A stretch of DNA of 64,000 nt from Parcubacteria group bacterium. GTDB taxonomy: Bacteria > Patescibacteriota > Minisyncoccia > Moranbacterales > GCA-2747515. Shown one piece after another: positions 57,374 through 64,000 of the stretch. The notes below the pieces were generated by a model. That model was not told the DNA's origin, did not search any database, and saw only the letters and a list, made by a program, of their open reading frames with translations. Numbering within the stretch: the first letter of the stretch is position 1; the number at the start of each line of letters is the position of its first letter. Where the stretch lies: positions 200,535 to 264,534 of the forward strand of contig JBAZXC010000001.1 of the NCBI GenBank assembly GCA_041660065.1, in the 5' to 3' direction. The position numbers and the translations under genes were made by a program.

Positions 57374-57547
57374 TTATTGCTGATCACTGTTTTGATCAAA
57401 AAACGGCGATGGTTCAGCGGATTGTTCCGATTGTGCATCTTGTGTATCACCATGATCTTCAATCGTTTCTTGCTCTTGCGGTTCAGCAGGAACGTCCTGC
57501 ATTTCTATATGATCATCTCTGCCAAATAACCGAGAAAAAAATCCCAT
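57374..57547 (-). CDS. Possible acidic mini-protein (57 aa)
   Basis: The minus-strand translation MGFFSRLFGRDDHIEMQDVPAEPQEQETIEDHGDTQDAQSEQSAEPSPFFDQNSDQQ fills the gap between cls and the Cys-rich gene. Below the track threshold. Confidence 0.25.
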   Translation of the reverse strand: MGFFSRLFGRDDHIEMQDVPAEPQEQETIEDHGDTQDAQSEQSAEPSPFFDQNSDQQ

Positions 57548-57590
57548 ATGTCTTTATCATTAATTTTTTACAAGAGTATTATACCACAAC

Positions 57591-59078
57591 TTACAAAAGT
57601 GGCGATAAGAGACGCACGATCGAATTACGCAGTCTGATAAAAAAATTCTTTTTTTTATGATCACCAAAAGTAAACCGACTACACATGATTAAATCATCTT
57701 TGAAGTCCTTTTCCATTTTTTGTGTAACATCACGATCAAAGATCACAACATTATTTTCATAAGAAAGTCGCAGGCTGCGAATATCCATATTGGTCGTACC
57801 GATCGAGCATACACACGAATCCACCATAACGGTCTTTGCGTGAAGAAATCCCGCATTGTAGTGATAGATTTTCACGCCGGCGAGAAGCAGTTCTTCAAAA
57901 TATGTAAACGCCGCCCAATAAGGGATGCTTTTATCCACAACGCCCGTGATCATCAGCCGCACATCCGCACCGGAAAGTGCCACGATCTTCATCGCCTCAA
58001 AGAGATTGTCATCAGGGATGAAATACGGCGTTTGAATATACACATGATCTTGTGCCGACAAAATCATCGTAAACAATGACTGTTTGATCGGTTGCCAATA
58101 TGAATGTGGCTCTGAGGAAATGATTTGAATTGGCAGATCACCATATACCCTACCAACATGCAGAGGAAAATATTTTTCTTTGAATACGGATTCTTTTTGT
58201 GCCTCTTCCCAATTGATCGCAAAGGCTGCCTGCAATGATAATACTGTTTCCCCATAAATACGCATATGCGTATCACGCCACGAGGGATATCTTTTGCCTC
58301 CTGTGATGTATTCTTGTCCCATATTCATTCCGCCCGTATAACCGATCACGCCATCGATCACAACGATCTTTCGGTGCAAAAAATAATTGATCGTTGTGAT
58401 CTTGAGTGGTGATAGCGTGTTGTAAAACGGCACAACACGCACACCTGCTTTACGCATACGACGGAAATGTCCTCTTTGAAAGAAATTTGTAAAAAAAGAT
58501 CCAATGGGATCAAAAATGATACGCACTTCTACACCTTCTTTTGCCTTTGCGATCAAAATGTCACTTATTTCTTGCGTCAGAGGATCCTTGCGCCAGATAA
58601 AATATTCCATGTGAATGAATTCCTGTGCGTTTCGCAGATCATTTTTGAGCGCATCAAATTTTTCTTCACCAGATTGAAAGATCGTAATTGCATTATTGAC
58701 TGTGAGCAACGCATCGGAATTATTTTGCGAGATCTGCAACATACGCTCGATGTCAACAGAAAAACCACATTCTTTGACACTTTGAAAATACTCATTTTGT
58801 CGCGCACGGATCCCTTCCAAAAATTTTTCTGATTTTTCTCGCAATTCTTTGATCCGATTTTTTTTCTGTGTATTGTGCACTTTCCAATTGCGTCCAAAAA
58901 AAATGTAAAGGAAAAGACCGATAATAGGAAAAAGCAAGAATATAAGGATCCACGCAAGCGTTGAGCTTGTATCCCGGTTTTCCATAATGATAAAGATCAT
59001 CACGACAGAAAGATAGACATAGATCAACAGAAACGCAAAAGCGGAAAAATCTTCTGCATGTGAGATAAGACTGTACAT
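57591..59078 (-). CDS. cls: Cardiolipin synthase (phospholipase D family, two HKD motifs)
   Basis: N-terminal transmembrane helices. HKD-1 'LHRKIVVIDGVIGYTGGMN'. HKD-2 'FLHAKTVMVDSCVCSIGTTNMDIRS'. Confidence 0.9.
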   Translation of the reverse strand: MYSLISHAEDFSAFAFLLIYVYLSVVMIFIIMENRDTSSTLAWILIFLLFPIIGLFLYIFFGRNWKVHNTQKKNRIKELREKSEKFLEGIRARQNEYFQSVKECGFSVDIERMLQISQNNSDALLTVNNAITIFQSGEEKFDALKNDLRNAQEFIHMEYFIWRKDPLTQEISDILIAKAKEGVEVRIIFDPIGSFFTNFFQRGHFRRMRKAGVRVVPFYNTLSPLKITTINYFLHRKIVVIDGVIGYTGGMNMGQEYITGGKRYPSWRDTHMRIYGETVLSLQAAFAINWEEAQKESVFKEKYFPLHVGRVYGDLPIQIISSEPHSYWQPIKQSLFTMILSAQDHVYIQTPYFIPDDNLFEAMKIVALSGADVRLMITGVVDKSIPYWAAFTYFEELLLAGVKIYHYNAGFLHAKTVMVDSCVCSIGTTNMDIRSLRLSYENNVVIFDRDVTQKMEKDFKDDLIMCSRFTFGDHKKKNFFIRLRNSIVRLLSPLL

Positions 59079-59196
59079 GATCTTTGATTGATTATTCTTA
59101 AACTATTTGCATCATAACTCACTTTTTGCATTCTGTCACGAAACAAAAACTGCCCTATTGTGTGGGCAGTTTTGAGAAAAAACAATAAGGATGTCC

Positions 59197-59721
59197 CTAT
59201 GACTCATCCATACATCGCGCTTTTTGCATCAATTCCGGTGCGCAATATTTCTTTGCACAACTAAGTTTCCCATCATCGCTCACTGTACATGTATTACATC
59301 CGTCAAACCATGTCTTGCATCCCGGCATGACAGCATTTCCATTGCCATCTGTGATCACAGGCTCGTCTGCCGTCATATTTTGTTGTGTACATATGATATT
59401 TTTGCCATCGGACTCCATCATGAGAGTGGCTTCTCCTTGGTGTGTCCAAAACGTTACCACGCCATCGGAATACTTTGCACCGGATGCCGACATAACCAAT
59501 GGAAGGATCACGTTTTCATGCACTTTGCCTGTAAAAAAGAGTTGTGCTGTTTGAGGCTCCACAGCATTATTGAAGTCAACTTTTACCTCCTGACTCTGAC
59601 AATTATAGATCACTGCCATATCACTTGGTTCGCTCGTCACTTGTTCTTTTGTTGTATCCTTTTGTACGCTGCAACCAGCGAGAAGGATCACTGCGCCCAT
59701 TATCCAAAAAATCTTTTTCAT
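59197..59721 (-). CDS. Lipoprotein with MliC-like (lysozyme-inhibitor fold) domain and a C-terminal Cys-rich module
   Basis: Lipobox LLAGCS. 'SGAKYSDGVVTFWTHQGEATL' resembles the MliC family core. C-terminal 'GCKTWFDGCNTCTVSDDGKLSCAKKYC'. Confidence 0.5.
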   Translation of the reverse strand: MKKIFWIMGAVILLAGCSVQKDTTKEQVTSEPSDMAVIYNCQSQEVKVDFNNAVEPQTAQLFFTGKVHENVILPLVMSASGAKYSDGVVTFWTHQGEATLMMESDGKNIICTQQNMTADEPVITDGNGNAVMPGCKTWFDGCNTCTVSDDGKLSCAKKYCAPELMQKARCMDES

Positions 59722-59836
59722 ACCGTCTTGTCATGTAAATAATTATCCTCACACCCCCGTACCGTTCATGATAGATGAGCCTACTAAAAAATCAAGCGAG
59801 TTATCCACAGATGACATTTTGTGCTAAAATTCGACT

Positions 59837-61105
59837 ATGCATAAAAATAACGATCAGTATGATGTCATCGTAATCGGTGGCGGACCATCTGGCATGATGT
59901 GTGCCGGACGCGCAGCACAATTAGGTGCACGCGTTTTGCTCGTGGAAAAAAACGCCACACTCGGCAACAAACTCCTCTTGACCGGTGGTGGCCGATGCAA
60001 TATCACCAATGCAATCTTTGATACTACTGCCTTTCTCAATAATTTTTCTGAAAACAAGAAATATCTTCATTCCCCATTTGCACAGTTTGGCGTACAAGAT
60101 ACATTTGATTTTTTTGCCGCACATGATCTGCCACTTGTCGTAGAAGCACGCAATCGCGCCTTCCCCAAAACACAGCGAGCACAGGACGTTTTGACTGTTC
60201 TAATTGATTATATGAAAAAAGGCGGCGTCACAATACACACCAATACACGCATCACGTCTCTCCATCATGAAAATCAAACGATCATTTCTCTACGCGATCA
60301 CAGCAACAAAGAATACTTTGCAAAAAGATTTGTGATCGCGACCGGCGGGCTTGCCGCACCGGAAACAGGGTCAACGGGAGATGGCATGACATTTCTCAAC
60401 GCACTCGGACACACAACACAAAAATCCAATCCCAATCTCGTACCACTCAAAACTCCATCAAAATGGATTCATAACCTTTCCGGCATTTCGTGGTCATTTA
60501 TGAAAATCCGTTTTATCCAAAACGGCAAAACATGTATCCGCAAAACAGGAAAAATCCTTTTTACACACTTTGGCATATCGGGGCCGTTAGTGATCAATAG
60601 CGCATATGAGGTCAAGAAATTGCTCGAAAAAGGTCCTGTGGAGGCCGTGATCGATCTTTTCCCCGATACAGAAGAATCTGAGTTGGATCGCAAAATACTC
60701 AAACTCCTCACACAAAATGGAGACAAAAAATTAAAGAACATCCTCCCTGATATGATCTTTAAAAAAATCGCCCATGAAATTCTCGACCTCCCGCACGTGC
60801 AATTGTCTGAAAAATTCGCAAAAGACATCACACGTGAGGAAAGAAAAAACCTCGTTCACACGATCAAAAATCTCACCTTTCCCATCACTGGCACGTGTGG
60901 CATGGACAAGGCGATCGTTGCTGATGGCGGCGTCGTGCCTTCGGAAATCGATTTTACCACAATGACATCTCGCCTCTATCCCAACCTGTCAATCCTTGGT
61001 GATGTGATCAACATCAATCGTCCGTCCGGTGGCTTTTCACTACAGTTATGCTGGACAACCGGTTTTGTCGCCGGGACACATATTGCATCCTCACTCAAAA
61101 AATAA
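59837..61105 (+). CDS. FAD-dependent oxidoreductase of the HI0933/YhiN (NAD(P)/FAD-dependent) family
   Basis: 'YDVIVIGGGPSGMMCAGRAA' Rossmann motif. 'LLLTGGGRCNITN' is the hallmark of the HI0933 family. 'IATGG'. A TTATCCACA DnaA-box-like 9-mer lies at 59801-59809 upstream. Confidence 0.85.
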   Translation: MHKNNDQYDVIVIGGGPSGMMCAGRAAQLGARVLLVEKNATLGNKLLLTGGGRCNITNAIFDTTAFLNNFSENKKYLHSPFAQFGVQDTFDFFAAHDLPLVVEARNRAFPKTQRAQDVLTVLIDYMKKGGVTIHTNTRITSLHHENQTIISLRDHSNKEYFAKRFVIATGGLAAPETGSTGDGMTFLNALGHTTQKSNPNLVPLKTPSKWIHNLSGISWSFMKIRFIQNGKTCIRKTGKILFTHFGISGPLVINSAYEVKKLLEKGPVEAVIDLFPDTEESELDRKILKLLTQNGDKKLKNILPDMIFKKIAHEILDLPHVQLSEKFAKDITREERKNLVHTIKNLTFPITGTCGMDKAIVADGGVVPSEIDFTTMTSRLYPNLSILGDVININRPSGGFSLQLCWTTGFVAGTHIASSLKK

Positions 61106-61107
61106 CT

Positions 61108-62319
61108 ATGACGACACATCCACTCAAAGAAACACTTGTTGACATCCGAGATGGTTTGCATCTCACACGCAAAAGCCTCTTGCGCTCGGTCGAATTTCAA
61201 CTTTTTTTTGATATTGCCTATATTTTCTTTTTGATCTTTATTGCAAACATGTTTCTGCGGATTTCCGTTGATTTTTTTGACAAGATCCTCTTTCATCTCC
61301 GTGTCGGTAGTGCCATGGAGCACATACCCTATCTCTCTTTTATCAATTTTCATGCAGTATTTGTCCTCATTGGCGTTTTGTTCTTTTTTGCCCTCTTTTA
61401 TTTGATCGAAACAAATGCGATCATCATCATCACATCGTCATACTACCGCAATACGCCGATTTCCTCTCTGCGCGCGTTTTTGCGTTCATGCATCAAAACA
61501 CCTCACGTTCTCATGGTTCGCATCATTGAATTACGGATGCATTTTTATATTTTGATCGGACTATATTTCTTCTGGCAGATCATTTTGCAGGTCTTTCCAC
61601 ATACATCCTTTCTGCATTGGGGAAATATCGGCCTCATGATCTATTTGGTTATATTGGTCATTGCGATCCTTTTTCACTACACCATGAGCACCTATGTCAT
61701 CTGCCTGGAAAAAAATGAATCTCCCTACGACTTTGACGATCAAATCACCGTACATGCGAGTAAAAAACGCACACGATCCACGATCGCTTTTTACATGCTC
61801 TTTTTACTGATCGCGATCATCTGGATCATCTTTTTTTCCATGATCATGAAGGGCATGATATTTTTTTCTCATCATCACCCCCTTTTTGTGTCTGATATAT
61901 TGACACTATTCATTGCAGGAACGATCATGAGCATCTTTGTATTTTTGTCGATCACCAAAACATTGCGCATCAGTATTCTGACAATTATCTACTATGACGA
62001 ACGCTATGCACAACACAAAACAACGCCAATTATCGTACCGATGCGATCGCGAGGGCAAAAGAAGATTCTTACGATGATCATTATACTCACCATTGTTGCT
62101 CTGGGTATGTGTATCATTACATTTTCTGTTTACACCAAAACAGCATTGCTTGTATCGCATACGGAGGACTTCCTCCATGAACAACGGTCATACTCACTCA
62201 AAAACGTACCTCGTTCCAGTGATGCGATTGCCAATCGTTTTTTTTCCAAAGACTATACGACAATTGACATCATCGAAAACACATTATTCTCCTATATTTC
62301 TATCCTCATCAAAAAATAA
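61108..62319 (+). CDS. Hypothetical polytopic membrane protein
   Basis: About 8 transmembrane helices. Start taken at MTTHPLKETL (the track ORF overlaps the upstream gene by 58 nt). Confidence 0.45.
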   Translation: MTTHPLKETLVDIRDGLHLTRKSLLRSVEFQLFFDIAYIFFLIFIANMFLRISVDFFDKILFHLRVGSAMEHIPYLSFINFHAVFVLIGVLFFFALFYLIETNAIIIITSSYYRNTPISSLRAFLRSCIKTPHVLMVRIIELRMHFYILIGLYFFWQIILQVFPHTSFLHWGNIGLMIYLVILVIAILFHYTMSTYVICLEKNESPYDFDDQITVHASKKRTRSTIAFYMLFLLIAIIWIIFFSMIMKGMIFFSHHHPLFVSDILTLFIAGTIMSIFVFLSITKTLRISILTIIYYDERYAQHKTTPIIVPMRSRGQKKILTMIIILTIVALGMCIITFSVYTKTALLVSHTEDFLHEQRSYSLKNVPRSSDAIANRFFSKDYTTIDIIENTLFSYISILIKK

Positions 62320-62392
62320 TAACCCATGTGCTACTCACAAAAAAACCGCACGACATCATGCGGTTTTTAAAATACTATGTATACACCTTTAT

Positions 62393-62992
62393 TTACGCCA
62401 TTGGTGTTGGATTTGGCGTTGGCATTGGTGGTGCCATCGGTTGCAACGGCTTGGTATATGTTGCCGATCCAAACGCAAGCATCGGGAAGAAGATGATGCT
62501 CAGAAAGATCAGACCCAATGTATACCCAACCCCCTTGCCAAATGCCTTGCTCAACTCATGATAGATCATGATGATCACGACGAAGTTTACAAATGGGATA
62601 AAGAGAAGCACGATCCACCAGATCGGCTTATTGACGATTTGTAATAATACGATTGCATTGTAAATTGGAATGATCGATGCCCATCCCGGTTGTCCCGCTT
62701 TTGTAAAGATCTTCCACATGGACACAAGCATCAACACAATAACTGCAAACCAGATGAGAAACATCACAAGTCCCACACCCGCCATAGCAGCTGCAGCTGC
62801 CGGATCGATCTCTTGTTGTGGCATGCCGGTTCCTGTGTAATAACCGTCTATCGTATAATTATCTCCCGTCGTATAATCTGCGTCCGACGCAGTATAATCA
62901 CCGCTGTAATACATATCTTCTGTTGTGGCATTGGCGATGGCCAGTGTCACACCGTCACCAACATGCAGTGTTGGAGTTGCTGTAGCATCCAT
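62393..62992 (-). CDS. Hypothetical membrane protein with Tyr/Thr/Asp-rich N-terminal region
   Basis: N-terminal low-complexity region 'YYSGDYTASDADYTTGDNYTIDGYYTG', followed by 4 transmembrane helices. Confidence 0.45.
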   Translation of the reverse strand: MDATATPTLHVGDGVTLAIANATTEDMYYSGDYTASDADYTTGDNYTIDGYYTGTGMPQQEIDPAAAAAMAGVGLVMFLIWFAVIVLMLVSMWKIFTKAGQPGWASIIPIYNAIVLLQIVNKPIWWIVLLFIPFVNFVVIIMIYHELSKAFGKGVGYTLGLIFLSIIFFPMLAFGSATYTKPLQPMAPPMPTPNPTPMA

Positions 62993-63063
62993 ATTTTTTT
63001 ATTAAATACTTATGCGTCCATTATAGCAAATATCGCAAAAAATGGACAATCACATTATTGTTT

Positions 63064-63135
63064 CTCGTCGGGGTACGCGGGATCGAACCGCGACTACAAG
63101 ACCCCCAGCCTTGCGTACTACCACTATACGATACC
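63064..63135 (-). tRNA. tRNA-Pro (anticodon GGG)
   Basis: The reverse complement folds as acceptor CGGGGTA/TACCCCG (C1:G72, typical of bacterial tRNA-Pro), anticodon stem CAAGG/TCTTG with loop CTGGGGG (anticodon GGG, G37), and T-arm CGCGG-TTCGATC-CCGCG. Confidence 0.8.
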
Positions 63136-63169
63136 CCGCATAATCTTTTTTATATTATAACATTGTTTT

Positions 63170-63241
63170 CCTGTCGGGGCGCCGAGAATCGAACTCGGTC
63201 TACATGAACCCGAATCATGCGTACTACCGGTATACTACGCC
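63170..63241 (-). tRNA. tRNA-Pro (anticodon CGG)
   Basis: Acceptor CGGGGCG/CGCCCCG, anticodon stem CATGA/TCATG with loop TTCGGGT (anticodon CGG, G37), T-arm CCGAG-TTCGATT-CTCGG. Minus-strand promoter TTGCAA-17-TAGAAT at ~63245-63275. Confidence 0.8.
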
Positions 63242-63406
63242 CCGCACTACAAACATCATCCATTCTACCCAAAAAATAGGATGATTGCAACCGATGACCA
63301 TCCATCGCATTTTTTCACGCACATTATGTGCACATATTATGAACAGACGCTTTTTACAAAGGTCTGCTATAATACGTACATCGTTAAATACTATCCTTTT
63401 TCCCCT

Positions 63407-64000
63407 ATGGCAGAAAAAACAGAAATGCGTATGCCCCCTCAAGCGTCCGAAGCAGAAAAAACCGTCCTCGGCGCACTGATGGTAGACAAAGATGCGATCA
63501 CCAAAATTGCAGATTTGATCGCGGTTGGCGACTTTTACAAAGAAGCACACAACACGATCTATGGTGCGATGCTCAAACTCTATGAGCACAACGACCCGAT
63601 CGACGTGTTGAGCTTGTCCAATGCCCTCGAGGAAAACAACAAGATCGACTCGGTTGGCGGCGCATCATATCTCGCGTCACTGGTGCGTGGCGTCACAAGC
63701 GCATCTAATATCACCTACTACGCCAAGATCATTCAAAAAAAGGCGGTACTTCGCCGCTTGATCGCCATTGCGTCAGAGATCAATGAGTTGGGTTATAATG
63801 AGGCTGAAGATATTGAAAAGGTTCTGGACGATGCAGAGCAAAAGATCTTTAGCGTGTCACAAAAATCTCTCAAACAAGAATTCACACCGATCAAAACCAT
63901 TCTCGGAGAAGCATTTGATCGCCTCGATGATCTCCACAGGAACAAAGGTGTGATGCGCGGCGTCCCTACGGGATTTCCCGATTTGGATGAATTACTCTCC
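63407..64000 (+). CDS. dnaB: Replicative DNA helicase DnaB, N-terminal part. Partial: continues beyond the window.
   Basis: 'PPQASEAEKTVLGALMVDKDAITKIADLI...FYKEAHNTIYGAMLKL' is the DnaB N-terminal domain. 'MRGVPTGFPDLDELLS' precedes the RecA-like core. A TATAAT lies upstream at ~63370. Confidence 0.88.
   Translation, partial: MAEKTEMRMPPQASEAEKTVLGALMVDKDAITKIADLIAVGDFYKEAHNTIYGAMLKLYEHNDPIDVLSLSNALEENNKIDSVGGASYLASLVRGVTSASNITYYAKIIQKKAVLRRLIAIASEINELGYNEAEDIEKVLDDAEQKIFSVSQKSLKQEFTPIKTILGEAFDRLDDLHRNKGVMRGVPTGFPDLDELLS

Noticed and set aside
63224-63589. 121-aa minus-strand ORF in the track
   Set aside because: It overlaps the tRNA-Pro(CGG) gene and the dnaB promoter/5' region. It has His/Cys-rich low-complexity composition and no RBS. 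Spurious.
1-64000. Prophage or integrative element, transposase, reverse transcriptase, restriction-modification or toxin-antitoxin signatures
   Set aside because: I looked for integrase/recombinase, transposase DDE, RT (YxDD), methylase (DPPY/NPPY) and typical TA motifs in all long ORFs and found none. The only mobile-like signal is the MITE-like repeat.
1-64000. rRNA genes and known structured ncRNAs
   Set aside because: No rRNA-sized non-coding stretches and no rRNA signature found. tmRNA, 4.5S and RNase P motifs were not specifically examined. A weak match cannot be excluded without covariance-model searches (Infernal/Rfam), which would be the decisive check.

Overview
This 64-kb window looks like a compact, gene-dense bacterial chromosome segment. 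The gene content (archaeal-type UMP kinase, many unannotatable membrane and surface proteins, a sortase, reduced metabolism) is consistent with a small-genome uncultivated lineage such as CPR/Patescibacteria; that lineage assignment is inference only. I can support about 60 protein genes, two tandem tRNA-Pro genes and numerous consensus promoters and hairpin terminators.

Housekeeping genes that I recognise with confidence:
- dxr, secA (with Zn-finger tail) and secD/secF
- gltX, pcm and mltG
- rpmA, pyrG and rplI
- galU, rmlA and glyA
- pheS/pheT, rnhA and cls
- two NUDIX hydrolases, a DEDDh exonuclease and a partial dnaB

Accessory content:
- A lower-GC envelope-glycan island at about 5.2-16 kb. 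It holds a GtrB-like polyprenyl-phosphate glycosyltransferase, a second family-2 glycosyltransferase (GT2), a pyruvyl transferase, very large multi-pass membrane proteins that I infer to be GT-C-fold glycosyltransferases, and a Wzx-like flippase.
- A cell-surface cluster with a tandem-CARDB protein, a TolB-like lipoprotein, and a sortase carrying thrombospondin-type-3 repeats.
- Two tandem paralogous GHKL-ATPase genes with a conserved leader element.

The most unusual signals:
- A MITE-like inverted-repeat element present twice, each copy fused to an identically spaced consensus promoter that drives an orphan ORF.
- A 1.2-kb AT-rich non-coding island carrying four copies of a GTCGCACAATG motif plus a perfect DnaA box.
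- A SecD whose periplasmic head domain contains an inserted, catalytically degenerate parvulin-like domain.

No CRISPR array, integrase/transposase or reverse transcriptase was found. No rRNA or other ncRNA was recognised; a generic rRNA check was made, but specific motifs (tmRNA, 4.5S, RNase P) were not examined. Boundaries of most CDSs come from the supplied ORF track, with start codons refined where an RBS or homology argued for an internal start.
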